Notes: generated from the sequence alone by a model not told the origin. A DNA stretch of 60,985 nt, filler included, from Nemertoderma westbladi (GCA_032718475.1; 2 parts of 2 records of this genome joined end to end with filler, not necessarily neighbours in it); one strand, 5' to 3'; counted from the first letter of the whole stretch, positions 23,165 to 36,863 are shown. A program made the numbers and translations.

Positions 23165-24559
23165 TTCCAATATAGTTGCGTATCACTATTAAATTATAAA
23201 ATAAATAAAAATTATCCTAAATTTCGTAACTTCGTAATGCTATCACTCCATCGTCATCGTCAACGCTATTTGCATCATGACTAAATAATATATGAACTAA
23301 CATTTTTTTTTTTTCTTTTTTTTTTAAAACGTAAACGAAATTTAAAATAAAATTAAAATTGCAATTTCGGCACAATACAATACAGTTACTATTATTAGAA
23401 AAATAAACTTAAAATAAAATTTAAAACTGAAATTTCGGCACATTAAAATAAAGTTACTATTATTAGAAAAATTGCACTGATATATGGCATCGAAGAATAT
23501 ACTCAGGATCACTGGCAGACATCACCATAATAAGCCAACCGGTGTACCACATCACGATTCTCTGAGAAAAAGAAGGTAAGAGGCAAAACTAGCTATGCTA
23601 CTGCTTTCTCTCCTTTTTTTTTTTGAACAGAACATAAAACGAATAACGCACCCCCTAAAACCATATTACATCAGAACAAAACAAAAATTACAAACAAACG
23701 TTCACTGGTGCAATGATTTTATAATTAAATATTGTGGTATCCCATTATGCGAATAATACACGAGCTCGTTCGAGCTCCATTGATTGATTGAGATATGAGA
23801 TATTAATTTCAAGAAAAATTACGCGATTCCTAAATTTGTACACTACCCGGTTAAAAAGTACGCATGTGATGGGATTAGTCCTACAATTGCGCCAATTAAA
23901 GATAAGTTATTTTCGGTAAAATAAACTTATCATTCGAGGGTAAGACCCCTAGACTCCTTCCTATAATAAACTTTTATTTGGCCGTTAGGCCCGAGATTAA
24001 GCACTAAATCCGCAAAAAAAATTTACCCAAAAAAATATCCCCATAAAAACGAATTATACCAAGTTTCACAAAAACTTTCTTCAGCCTCCAACCTGTCTAT
24101 AGTTTTTCATATATATATCGCGATAGACCTGCAATGAATATTAAGCTCTACATGATGTTTAGACTTTACACGAACTAAATTGATCATTTCAGGTCGAACA
24201 AGCATGTTTTTAATTCTGCACGGTAATGTGAAACAGTTTATTTTATGATCGATGTTTATTACTTATCACTTTAACCTCAAATGTTGGGTTATGCCGGTTT
24301 GCTTCTTTTGCGCATTAACTTGGGAACTATCACTTATTTTAGGCGTCTGTCTACACCCACTAAATCGATCATTGCGCATTCAATAAGACAATTTTTGACC
24401 GAGTAGCGTTCTAAGACGTATCATTTATAGTGGACTTTCATATGACATCGATTTGACGCAACGATGTTAAGTTGAATATGACATTTATGACAAACCCCCC
24501 ATTGTGCAATATTTTTGGGCTAGTTCCTTTAAAGCATTTGTACCAAAACAAAAACTCCC

Positions 24560-24610
24560 CTGGCCCCCATGCGTGGGTCGAACCCACGACCTCCTGAGAG
24601 ATGTGCGACT
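24560..24610 (-). mobile_element. Degenerate tRNA-derived SINE head
   Basis: GGAGGTCGTGGGTTCGACCC (B-box and T-arm-like); no complete cloverleaf. Confidence 0.4.
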
Positions 24611-24710
24611 TTAATTAAATGTACATTAAGTGCTTTTAAGTCGATACCACTATAATATGATATTTGATGCAGATTTTTGAAATGGAAGTAGGAGCAGCTG
24701 CGCCACCTAC

Positions 24711-24919
24711 CGATGAGTGTAAGAACGATAAAGAAGGCTGAGTATGCCATGCTGGGTCCATCCAGACCCTCCCCGTCGCGGGGTTCCCCATTTACTGCCT
24801 TTATCCCGTCGTACATGACGGCATTCCAGTCCTCGCCAGTAAGGATTTGGAACACCGTTAGGATGGCGATGGGGAAAGAATCAAAATTAGCAGAAGGGCG
24901 GCCGTCACTGAAATTAAAC
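24711..24919 (-). CDS. Cav2: Cav2 exon, domain II pore loop and start of IIS6
   Basis: [39 protein letters not shown]...[10 protein letters not shown], containing the selectivity filter TGEDW. AG/GT boundaries. Confidence 0.95.
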
Positions 24920-25205
24920 CTAAAATAAATGAAAATAAACCTCGTTAAATTAAATGATTACATTATACAGATAATAGACTTATAAAGTGTGTTGCAAAAT
25001 AATTTCTTAACTGCAGTTTTGATAAGCATACACTATGTATCGGCGCGGCGTATTATTTATTTAATGGCTCAAAGTACACAGTTGCCTTAGATAATTACAT
25101 GATAATCATTATAAATTTAGACTTTGAGAGTAGCACTATCTAGGCCTATTTGTGATCGTTCTTATTAATGTTTTGTAATAAATCTCCATATCATATATAA
25201 TATTT

Positions 25206-25318
25206 TGAAAAAATAATATTAATATATAAAAAATAATATTAATATATAAAAAATAATATCAATATATAAAAATAATATTAATATATAAAAAATAATATTA
25301 ATATATAAAAATAATATT
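25206..25318. repeat. 21 bp pure-AT tandem repeat directly upstream of the sulfatase start codon
   Basis: AAAAAATAATATTAATATATA, about 5 copies. Confidence 0.85.
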
Positions 25319-25340
25319 TTGTTGACCGCAAAAAATCACG

Positions 25341-25573
25341 ATGTTTCTATATGTCATTTTATTATGGATGTGTTCTTATGCACAGATTACTGTGTCAGGT
25401 AGTAGCGAAACGAAACAACCAAATATTGTGGTAATTTTGGCCGACGACTTGGGATGGAATGACGTCAGTTTCCACGGCAACGGACAAATACCTACACCGA
25501 ATATAGATAAGCTCGCCTACGAAGGTGTTATCTTAGACAACTATTATGTCCAGCCCATATGCACACCGACAAG
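25341..25573 (+). CDS. ARSB: Arylsulfatase B/I/J-like, exon 1
   Basis: Signal peptide, [17 protein letters not shown], and the catalytic motif CTPTR split by an AG|GTAAG donor. Confidence 0.93.
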
Positions 25574-25910
25574 GTAAGAGCCACAAAAACACAGTTAGAT
25601 GCATGACTGTCAAAACAATGATAATTTCATACCATTTCGTACTGACATGGCTTAGTTATCAAAAATTCATACCGAATGTGGGTGGGTGGGAATATTGCCG
25701 CAATCAAAAATTAAATCACTGTAACATGTTTTCTTCATCTTCATGTATCAGTCAAATTCTTAACTCACCCAAATGGCATTTTCATCATTATCTCCACCCC
25801 CCCCCCCCCCCCCCACAATCTCTGCCTGGCATCAACAACTGTCTGATCACTCACTATTGCGTAAACACAATTTCAACGATAAGGCTGTCCCAAAACGTTG
25901 TATATTTCAG

Positions 25911-26870
25911 GAGCGCGATTTTGTCTGGTCGCTACCCTATACACACAGGTCTGCAGACCAGCGTCATCACAGCGGGGGCTCCTTACGGTCTACCCCTTGA
26001 CGTTCCTATCCTACCCCAATACCTAAAGAAACTAAATTATACTAATCACGCGGTAGGGAAGTGGCATATGGGGTTCTTATCCAAAGAATACACACCAACA
26101 TACAGAGGATTCAGCAGTTTCTATGGATACTACAACGGAATGGAGGATTACTACGATCATACTCATATGAATACGGAATCCATCTGGGGGTACGACTTTC
26201 ACGAAGACGAGATGGGAACACTTGGAATACCCCCGAGAAACGAAACTTTTGGGAAATACAGTACAGCGTTGTTCACAGATAGAGCCGTCAGTATAATTAA
26301 TAAACACGATGTTAGCAATCCCTTGTTTCTATATTTTGCTCACCAAGCTGTTCATTCAGGGAACGCGGATACAAAGTTACAAGCACCGCCCGAGTTAGCG
26401 TATAGGTTCGATAATATTTGGGAGGCGGGGAGGAGGAAGTTTGCAGGAATGGTATCTGCGATGGATGAATCGGTGGGGCAAGTGGTTGCCGCATTGCGGG
26501 AACGGAGTATGTTAGACAACACGTTGATTGTGTTCAGTAGCGACAATGGTGGTCCCGCGAACGGGTTCGATAGAAATTACGCGTCTAATTGGCCGTTACG
26601 GGGCGTTAAGAACACCCTGTGGGAGGGCGGAATAAGGGCGTCGGGGTTCGTCTGGGGGAATATGATCGAGAAGGGAGGGCGCGTGTCGCGGGATCTATTG
26701 CACGTCACGGATCTAACGGCTACAATAATAGGGGTGGCTGGAGGAGGGGCTGTAAAAAACTTGGACGGTATGAATGCGTGGGAGACAATCTCAAAAGGAG
26801 AGTCTTCGCCTAGGAGTGAAATACTTTACAATCTGGAAAGCAGCAGAGGAGATGACGTATATGCATTAAG
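25911..26870 (+). CDS. ARSB: Arylsulfatase B/I/J-like, exon 2
   Basis: (R)SAILSGRYPIHTG, VGKWHMG, PTYRGF, AHQAVH, SSDNGG, NWPLRGVKNTLWEGG. TTTCAG acceptor, GTAAG donor. Confidence 0.95.
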
Positions 26871-27289
26871 GTAAGAATTAGGGTTATCTCTACTGCGGTA
26901 CTAAGTAAGATTGATTGATGCCTGTTTTGTCTATTTACTTCCGCTTTCACTTTCATGATAAAAAAAATACTATAGATTCCCTGGAGGGGGATTTTTCTTA
27001 CCTTAGCGAATAATTAAATAACTGTGTAGAATATTATCAGGAATATATTACTCATTAAAACAATACAACCATCTACTATAATGCAGATGGAAAGCTATAC
27101 ATTCTGATCAAGGACATATTAAATATTTAAATAATAAATAATTTCGATTGAATTCAATACTCTGCACCGATTCAACAACTTCGTGGTATCTTACATGTCG
27201 ATTCCTTCTCCCCGACAGCGTTTGTAATGTTTATAGCAGACCTAGCAGTACTGTACGACTAAGTCAAGTTGGTTTTGCTCTATGGTTGA

Positions 27290-27440
27290 TATTTTTCGCC
27301 GACGATTTAGTTCTAAACTCAACCGACAGGTCGGTCATTAAATCTGGACTGAATGAATTATATAACTGGTGCGATGAAAATAAAATGTTTATTAACCTGA
27401 GTAAAACTAAAATCACGAAGTTTAGACGAGGGGGGTGTAG
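27290..27440 (+). mobile_element. Short LINE reverse-transcriptase relic in sulfatase intron 2
   Basis: IFFADDLVL...LNELYNWCDENKMFINLSKTKITKFRRGG. Confidence 0.7.
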
Positions 27441-27569
27441 GTGTATTGTATAGGTGATTGTGGGTGTAAATAAAAAAAAAACATAATAGAGTATGTAGTG
27501 AAGCGATGGGAGTTTCGATTGTCGATTATGATTGTTCGTTTAGCACATCGTAGAAAACTCGGCTTGAAG

Positions 27570-27635
27570 CCCGGGTTGAATCGAACTCGTGATCTCCAGA
27601 TTGGAAGTCTGACGCTCCCACAATTCCGATAGCAT
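27570..27635 (-). mobile_element. Degenerate tRNA-derived SINE head
   Basis: GAGCGTCAGACTTCCAATCTGGAGATCACGAGTTCGATTC (anticodon arm and B box-like). Confidence 0.45.
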
Positions 27636-27898
27636 TGTACAGGCAAAAGGGGGATCTGGATTTGCAATTTACGTCCTCATGGCCCCCAACAGTCACTACC
27701 AACCTGAGTTCCCTGTAATTATTCATCTTAGTACAGAATACCGAGTTTAATTGAGTTTCTGCCAATATACAATACCGTAGAAAGTTACAGCAATATATCC
27801 CCCCCCCCCCCCCCCCTCCGGTTAGGTTGTGGTGGTGTGAATATAACAGTAACATGCCAAAATCAAAATCTTATTAATTGTTCATTATATTTTCATAG

Positions 27899-28307
27899 GA
27901 ACGGAGCATGGAAGGTCATATTTGGGGACCACTACCGCAACAAATGGAGCGATTGGTACAGATCGTCGGGCAGGTACCCGGACACGGAGAATAACGAGAC
28001 GAACCCAGACCCGCGGGCAACCAGCGTCCATTGCGGACCTAAACCCACTAACGCGTCCACAAACTGCGACGTATTGACCAGCCCGTGTTTGTTTCACATC
28101 GATTCAGACCCATGCGAGTACCGCAATCTCGCCAATATACTACCAATGAAACTAAAGGAGTTGATTAAACGGGTTGACTCTTATAGACCTGGTGTAGTGC
28201 CGCCGTTAAACAAACCATACGACCCAAAGTCTAACCCGAAACTCCATGGTTACCGATGGGAGCCCTGGGTTAATACTGAAAGTTTCAAAAAAATGTTACT
28301 TGTATAA
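27899..28307 (+). CDS. ARSB: Arylsulfatase B/I/J-like, exon 3
   Basis: (R)NGAWKV...PCLFHIDSDPCEYRNLA...WEPW. The three exons sum to 1602 nt (533 aa plus stop). Confidence 0.93.
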
Positions 28308-29542
28308 CTTTTTTTCTGATCAAGGACAATTATTACGATGGCGAATTGCGGGTCAATATTACAGTGGTAGAGCCATTAGCGCGCAAAAACTTGAAATTTA
28401 AATGTGGGGCGAGACACGTATGGCGAGCCATCAGCGAACTGATATAATTATACTATGGCCGTTTTTCAAAAGTCTGTGTGTGTGTGTGTGACATGTGTGT
28501 GTGTCGGTAGCCATAAATGTCGGAAGCCATAATCTAAATTAATATATTCAGCTAAAGAGCACCAATCTGAGCGAATGATACATCGGTTAGCAAGGCAGCT
28601 AGCTACTTGCAGACCAATCATAGGTGGCCTGCAGCAGGCTGGGTTGGTTAAGTAGTAATCTCAATAAATAGGACCCAGCAGGAGAGCGGAGAGGATCTAC
28701 TGTGCTGTGATTGGTTCTTGACTTACATTGGTAAGAACCAGCAGTGAATCTTAGATTAGCTTTTTTCAGTTCACATATTGTTTATAATCATAAACACAAA
28801 ATGATTCAATTATTCAATTTTGCAATGTACCGGATGGGTGCTAGCGAGGTAGGCCTAGCAGGTCGTCAGTCCGTCATCCTACAAGTTGGATCTTGACTCT
28901 ATCATGTGCGTTCATCTATATGATGCAGACCATCCTGAGCCCGTGAACATGAATTGTAAAGGCTATCTCGAGGCTGATTATTTTACACATTTACTTGATA
29001 CTTGCATGAATGCGTCTTTGAGGTAAAATTGCATTATTCTACAGTTGTTTTGTTATCGGAGAAATTACTGATCAGCAAGCAGGAAATTATAACAGCATCA
29101 TCGTAACCACTCTGCTGACACTTTGCAGAATAAATTCTACCAGACCACAGCTGCGTGTTGGGAGGACGCCGACCAGTTTGCGGTTCTTCAGTCTGCCACT
29201 AGGAGGCGAAATGTCTGAAAGTGAAAATCTTATCCTATTTTGTTATTAATAATGATTTTTAGCTGATACTTAGGTCCTTTACACAATATGTTTATAATGT
29301 TTTTTTTTGCTGATACCAAGCAGAGTATACTACACCGTAAGGGTGTGTATTTGGGCTTGGGGAGACGATGATGACCAATCTACAGTTCCCCAGTCTGCCG
29401 CTATTAGGGGATGAAATGTCTGAATGAGGAAACCTACAATTTTGTTGTTTATGAATGCTTTTTTGCTGATACTTGGCACTTGGCAGGCAGTCTGTCACTA
29501 GGGGGCGAAATGTCTGAAATTACAACCTTCCATTTTAATACG

Positions 29543-29642
29543 NNNNNNNNNNNNNNNNNNNNNNNNNNNNNNNNNNNNNNNNNNNNTTAATTAATTAANN
29601 NNNNNNNNNNNNNNNNNNNNNNNNNNNNNNNNNNNNNNNNNN
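29543..29642. other. Assembly gap with artificial six-frame stop linker
   Basis: 100 bp block of N with TTAATTAATTAA at its centre (29587-29598). Confidence 0.9.
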
Positions 29643-29884
29643 ATATTTTCCCAAACTATCAAGGTGCATATCAGAATCATTAGCAAATCTATAATAATTG
29701 CAAGGAATTGAGACAATAGTGGAAGTTCAAAGTTATATGTTTTTAGGGTTAGATCACAAATTTTAATTCGATCTCTACATAATACCAAATAACAACATAA
29801 CATTAAAAATTACCACAGAAATGTAACTATAACAACACCTTAATACAACGCCCTTAATACAACAAACATTTTTAGCAGGCCGGA

Positions 29885-29917
<33 letters not shown>

Positions 29918-30453
29918 TTTATTTTAAAATTTCAATAATATGCTATGAAATTTGGTATGATTATAGATCGACACCTTTTCTTACTGCTGGCCGGGCCGGA
30001 TTTTAGTTATTTTAGATTTTCAGTTATTTCCGTACCGGTAGTTAGTTATTTATTGTCACTCCCGGGGATGAAATCTACACCAAACACAATATTACAAATA
30101 TTTACATTAGGACATCTACTGTAAGACGACGTATAAACACAAATCTAAATTTATCGGGGTTAAGACCAAATAATAAATCATAATCTATACATAGGACTAG
30201 TTATGGAAATTTCCTAACTATTACAATACAAAGAAAAATTCAATAGAAATACTACCGGTTGTTCCTTACAATATTTTACATATCTACTAATTTAATATTT
30301 CGACTTGATACATCATACTTGGACTTGGACTAATATGACCAAATGAACATTGAAGATTCGAGTATTTATTCATGGCTAAAGAATGATACATCCATGGTTG
30401 TTGGCCTGTAAACGCTTATTATAGCGTGACGACAAAATTTACACAGGTTGATA

Positions 30454-33449
30454 TTATAACAAACCAAAGGCTTCTATTATGCTGCAGTCTGACCAAACGG
30501 AAGCGGGGCCTAGATAAACATTCCTTGCTGCTTGGGATATTGGGCACTGTAAAACGATATGTTCATCTGATTGAATACTGCCACAATTACACATGCGCTC
30601 GTCATGGGGAATACGGGACCATCCAACTTTTTCCATTGGCAACGAGAGGGAGCTTAAGCGCAGCTGGGTAAACGAAATTCTCGCAAATTCTGAGACCTTT
30701 GGATCGCTGTAAACTAGATGGGAGTCCAAATCTGGATTGTACAGGAGATAATTCGAAATTCTGGATGAAGATCTGGGGTTGGTAATTGTCCGCAGTTTTA
30801 TGCTTTCCAATGATGTTTTATTCACCTCTAACATCAGTAATTTATTAATATATTTCCCCATGGTGCTTTTGCACATTATTGCGAGAGATATTGTAAATTC
30901 ATAATAACTTCCTGGATAATTGTCTCGTTTTGGTAACATAAAAATATATTTTTGTTGTCTTTTATTTACAATAACCGTTTCGATATATTCGAAGCCAGAC
31001 TCAATCCATACCAAATCGTTCGGGGTTGTACATCTTACACTTAATAAATGTTTTATGGATCGTAAACAGGCGTTTAAGGTCTCCACATAGCCACGTCTCG
31101 CAACCATAAAGTAGCGAGGATTACAATGCAGCGTTCCAGACTGTTTTCTTCACAGTAAAGGGTGCTTCAGAGTTTTTTTGACAGAAATGAAACAAACTTG
31201 TAATTGTTTGATGAGCGAAAGTCTACATCATCGGCAACAAAATCATCTGTATGGATTTAACAGAGATAACAGTTCCAAGGTAAACATAACTCACTACAAA
31301 TGTTATAGTGACATCGTTCAGTACTATAGGCTCCCTGCTCCACACACGCGTTCAGTTGTCATAAATTTAGACTTTGTCAGATGAATTTTCATTCCGATAT
31401 CATCGCTTTTTAATTTTAATTTCCACAGTTTCCTAATTAAAGCTTCCCTTGAGGTGGCCATTACACATGTGTGATGTGTGTTAATAATAATGAATGAAGA
31501 GATTTCAACCACCCATCTTCACCAAGAGAGTCGATTTCAAAAAAGATCGGATCTACATGTGCGCAAAACAATGGACAGCTTGAGGGCTTCCCCTGGCCCA
31601 CTCCCGAGGTGCTTTCAAAAATCTCCTTTCCGAGTTTATTTGTTGTGTGTATCATTAATTGCCCCAGAGCTTTAAGAAATCGTTTCCCACAGCCGAGATT
31701 GATCAACCTCTGAAGCAACTTTATTCTATTATCTTTTTCGTAGTCTATGAAGGCCAAAAACTGCTTCTTTTTTGCTTGAAGGGCTATATTGATTATAAGG
31801 CGAATACACAAAATTTGCTCAGTACACCCACGACCAGTTTGGCCTCCTGCTTGACAATACGATGTTTTATACCATAGGTTGAATCAAGATTCTAAAACAG
31901 CATTATACAGTTTAACAAGAACAGATGCTATGGAAATGCCTCTATAATTTCCAGGCAGTAACCTTGGGCCCTTTTTGTAAATTGTGAAGAAATTAGATAT
32001 AGACCACTCAGCAGGGAAAAGGACTTCTCCAAAGAATACTTTGTTAAAATATATAGTAATTGTAACCAACCATTCGTCATTTAACAAAGTTAACAGACCA
32101 GGTGGTAGTCCATCTGGACTGGCAGCATTATTGGGCTTTAATAATTTGATACAGTCAGCAACCTCATTCGGGTTTATATTGCCATCCAACATAGGTATTG
32201 AGATGGAAACTTTGGGTATTTCATTGGTAATGCTCTCATGTATCTCTGAAACTGATGACGTCAGGGTGACAACAGTTTTCTAAAATGTTCAGCAAACGCT
32301 TTATCAGAGGGGGTGTAGTTTGCTTCGTTTTGAGGGATATCATGTGATACATTTCCAGACCAATTTATTGACATCCACAATTTTGTGGGTCTCTTTCAGC
32401 AATTAGCCATTGCCACCTGGTTGATGCGTTTCTCTGAATATCGATCCTGTTTACAGCCATATTATTGATGTGCTTTGAAAGACTACATCTACTTGCCAAA
32501 CCATTTAATGATTGGGCGATATTAGAGTTAAATGATCTGGTTGTATTCGGGCAATCTATTGGTGGGATACATGGGATAGCAATACTATCCAGGGAATTCT
32601 TAAATAGGGCCGTATTCACATTACAACATTTCGTCAGATGACTTATAGTTTTATCAACCACCGATTCTCCCAACTGATCAGCACGTTCAAGCAAAGCATC
32701 AATGCTTCCATCAATACTAAGTTCAAAATGTAGGGCTGCATGATCGGTATATTCTATGGTTTGTACGATATTTAGAAATTTAAATCTATGAAATAACACC
32801 GGGCTGAATAAAACCCAATCAACCTGAGACATCCATCGCTCTCCCTGACGAAATTTACATCCGTCATCAAAACTAGTGGTACCATAAATTGTGCTGTTTA
32901 TGGCGTGATTGCGAGGTGTTAAACCACAAGCATTGCACAATCGTTTTATTTCACTACCGTTGCTGTTCCTATCTTTGTCTGGGTGGGCAGTGTAACGCAT
33001 ATTTTCATTATTAAATGAGTCCAAGATGCCCAATCTTGCATTCAAATCATCAAAGATTACAACCGAACTAAAGTCATGACACTGCTCGTTAATTATTGAG
33101 AACGCGGAATTATTGAAATATGGCGAGTCTGATGGTGTGATATATACGGCACCAAAACGACGCGTCGGGTCACTAACAAGTGAAAACTACACCTATAAAA
33201 AAAAACCACACATATACATTTACATTACATATGTACTTTACCAACCCCACCCAATTGGGATTCACCAGGAACAACTTGGCTGCGGACGAAATGAATTCCT
33301 GGAGTGGATATAGGGTAATTAGTTTTAAGTTCTAAAAAGGCAACTATATCAATATCTAAATCGAATAATACTTTACTGTAGTATGAACTCTCAAGTTTAC
33401 CAGATTTTCTGTGAATATTTAAAGATAAAAACTTTAGTGAGTATTTCAT
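30454..33449 (-). mobile_element. Degenerate non-LTR retrotransposon ORF2 (APE + RT + C-terminal Cys/His motif; RTEX/Proto2/L2-like)
   Basis: Fragments LKFLSLNI, LNARLG, SQVDW, YTDH, PGNYRGISI, FLAFIDYEK, GVGQG, QLRLSS...ERMCNCGSIQSDEHIVLQCP, broken by frameshifts. Confidence 0.85.
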
Positions 33450-33457
33450 CCCCTGAT

Positions 33458-35200
33458 TTAAAAAACCTGTGGTTGATAATGATCAACAACAATTCCATCA
33501 ACAGTTAGAACACAATTTGGCCAGTCTATTTTCACTTCTTTTCCTTGATTATCCGGTTTAACACTTTCGTCTTTAGCTCGCTGCCGGATTCGGAGCAGTA
33601 CCAACCAGACCCCTGGATGCGCGTCTCTACGGATAAAGACTTTATCTAACCTCGCGATACAGCGAGACAAAATGCTACGTTATTGTTTTATTTAGCGTTA
33701 TTGACTAATACTTATTTGGGAAAGCGATCCAGCAACAATACTATACATTGGTTTATATTAGAAGCGAAATACAAATATATTTTTTTTACGATGCCTGTTT
33801 TAAGTAACACGAATTAATTACAATTACTCTATCTGTTTCGAAACAGGTCAGATAAGTTGGGGGGGGGGGGGGGGGGGATAAACACCCTCTGGTTAAAATA
33901 TTAGTTTGTTTTTCTTATCTTTTCTGGTGTATAATTTGATTAGTATCTACGGTTTTCACTTTCAGGCATGTCGACCCTTAGTGACAGGCTGGTGAACTGC
34001 CGAATAATATACGTCCTCCCAAACACGCAACCGCCTGTGGTGTAATCTATATATGCCATGCATCAGCTCGAAAAGATTAAAAACAACAAAAACGCAGGAC
34101 TTTTTCACCTTCAGACATTCCACCTACTACCGGTAGACTGGAGAACTTCAGCTTCCTCCCAAACACGAATCCAATCTTGTAGTAGATCTTTCCCCAGTAT
34201 CAGATCAAAAACAATAAAATTGGTGATGGGAATGGTTTCACTCTCAGAGATTACACACCCAAGCAGCAGATTGAAGAACTGTAGGCTGGTCGGCGTCCTC
34301 TCACTCAAACAGGCAGCGTAAGATCTCTGTGGTACATACATACATACATACATACCTGCAAAGTTTCAGTTAGAACAGCCTTAGTCTTAGTCTAATGGTG
34401 AAACTGCAGTTACAAAGTCGCCTGAGTCCTGATTGCTGACCAGTAATATATTTTGGCCTAAAACGATGCAAAATAATCCACTTTGACCACATTCGATTCA
34501 CGCAAACAAATACTTAAAATATGACGAGATAGTGACGTGGCTCAAGTTAGCTTTTTATTATTGTATCGCGAGACTAGACTACTATACCACTATAGACCAT
34601 ACTATACTAGACCACTATACTAATGTTCTTCAATTCTTTTGCTAAGGACAATACACCCTTCGCTCATTCTTTAGATTTGAAAATGACTAATATGGGGAAG
34701 TTCCGCTTCCTTGTTGCAAAGGTCCTGGTATCGGAATCTGCTGTTTTTTTTCCAAGAGAGATGCTTAAATTTGCTAATATCGATAGTAGTCGTATCTATA
34801 CCATTGGAGCTTAATATCAGCATTAACTTTTCCTTGTCGTCTGTTGCAGTAACATTGTTAACACATAGATCCGAGTCGGAGGGCACACCGGTGATGATTA
34901 AATTATGACTCCGCTTATCCAAATCAACCCATTCTAAGTAGCGCTGCTGTTTCTCCACTGTTTCGCGTATAGCTGTTGGTTCTCGTTTTCCACCTTCTGA
35001 ATTGTTGTAATCCATACTGGTTGATTTCGTCGGGATGTTAACGGTATCTTGGGTACCAGTAACAGAACTGCATTGTGAATTTGGGTCACTAGCATCGTTT
35101 TCTTTTACAAGCTTTGTTAAAGCTTAATTTCAACGCCTCCTTATTCATTTTCCCAATTTCAGCTATAGTTAACGATGGCTGTGTACTAGTGGCCAATCTA
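33458..35200 (-). mobile_element. ORF1 remnants of the same LINE, interrupted by other repeats
   Basis: QQRYLEWVDLDKRSHNLIITGVP (34671-35015) and KVFIRRDAHPG...LTVDGIVVDHY (33458-33670), ending just before the ORF2 ATG. Confidence 0.65.
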
Positions 35201-36086
35201 TATTCGACAATTTAGTAATCCTGTAATCACTAGGCCTGTAATCATACAACCGGGTATCCAATACAGTAGTCACCTACAGTACGGTATGCCTGTATGTATA
35301 TATATATATGTATGTATGTATAGTAAATATATATAAGAACTGCTATAGAATCATACAAGCCCAAAAAAAAATGTATATATTATTTAGCAATATTTATCCA
35401 TCTCTGTTGGCTTTATTTTTCTTCTTTTTTAATGTAATCTAGATGAAATCCTTTAACTCCAGATTCCGAATCTGAAAGCCATTCTAAATTTTATCAAAAA
35501 TTGCGAAAGATGTTATCAAAACACTAAAATAACACACTGTAATTTTTGAGACATAAATCGCTATAATTCCAATGTTTTTTCTCTTTATTCTAGAATATTA
35601 ATTATTATTTAGTTGTGCCTTTAAACTCTCCATCTTTATTTTTACAACAGCGATTTACGTCTCAAAATTTACAGTGTGTTATTTTAGTATTTGATAATAT
35701 CTTTCGCAATTTTTGATGAAATTTAAAACGGCTTTCAGATCCAGAATCTGCGGATGAAGGCGGTTCTCATAATATCTAGACTACATTCAAAAGATGAAAA
35801 ATAAAGCTGACAGATATGGTGAAATATTTCTAAATAGACATTTTTTAAGGGCTCTTGTATGGAAATAATTGAGAAATTGAAAAATCCGTCCTGGCCAGCA
35901 GTAAGAAAAGGTGTCAAGCTATCATCATACCAAATTTCATAGCATTTTATTGAAATTTGATAAAATTAGGGGGGGGGGGGGTGGGGTGGGGGCGGGGGGG
36001 GGGGGGTGCTCCGGTCCGCTAAAAATGGTTGTATTATATTAAGGGAGATGGTGTAATATTGTGCTGTAGTTTAATCTTTTACATAC

Positions 36087-36174
36087 CAAATGTATAAACA
36101 GATCCCAAAGTCAGATGTACTAGAAATCCGCCAATTATCGCAAGGACAGCTTTCAACTCTATATTAGCCAGCAT
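36087..36174 (-). CDS. First coding exon of an oxalate:formate antiporter-like (OxlT/OFA family) MFS transporter (not in the ORF track)
   Basis: MLANIELKAVLAIIGGFLVHLTLGSVYTF(G) followed by a GTATGT donor; resembles TM1 of eukaryotic OFA-like transporters. Later exons were not found. Confidence 0.65.
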
Positions 36175-36863
36175 ATTTATCTCGAAATAATGAAACTAAA
36201 ATAATAGGCCTATTTCCTAATTATCCTAATAGACGTGCCGCTTGAATGTTATGAAAATTAGTTTATTGTTTTGGTTAGTCACTGTCACTGTAACTTCAAC
36301 CTAGAGCCACAAACATTAATAAAACATAGTCATAAACAATTAATATTAATAGGCCTAATAATTATACAACATTTCACTAATTAACGGAGAGTTGACACTG
36401 ACTGACCTTCATATCGTTATTATTGTAGTATTATTTTAAATGAGTAATCTAATCTATGAGATACTAAAGTCCAAATTGTATACTAGAGAAAGGAGGTCTT
36501 CATACATTGAGTACTTAATATGGACTCAATACCCTATTAAGTACTTAATCTTCGTTCAAGAACCAAGAACACCGTACTTTAGGAATAATTGAGAGAGTAA
36601 GCATGGACAAATGGATAGCACATGACTTTCTGGAGGAGCCTCTTAAAGGATACGGGACTTGGATAATCTCGTGAAAGTCACGGGTGATTGTGAGTTGTGG
36701 CGGAGCAATTTTGTCTATAAGTCGGCATAACATTATTAAAGCAACTGTACTGCAACGTGCTAAAAATAGATAGATAGATGCTATAATGCAATATTTATTA
36801 AATATGAAAAGCAAGGGATAGTAGGTATTGGTTCTCAAATAATCTCAGGCATGTGATTCACAA

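Larger units (their letters stand above)
29850..36050. mobile_element. Foldback TIR element split by a ~5.3 kb insertion
   Basis: 29850-30035 is the inverse of ~35855-36050, and ~35350-35565 is the inverse of ~35650-35860. Confidence 0.7.

Noticed and set aside
25546-25910. N-terminal 120 aa of the 442 aa sulfatase ORF
   Set aside because: Intron read-through; GT-AG splicing of 25574-25910 restores CTPTRSAILSGRY.
22908-27635. tRNA genes at 22908, 24560 and 27570
   Set aside because: B boxes are present but there is no intact acceptor stem or cloverleaf; treated as SINE heads.
29587-29598. TTAATTAATTAA as a biological motif
   Set aside because: It is centred in N runs and gives stops in all six frames, so it is an artificial contig linker.
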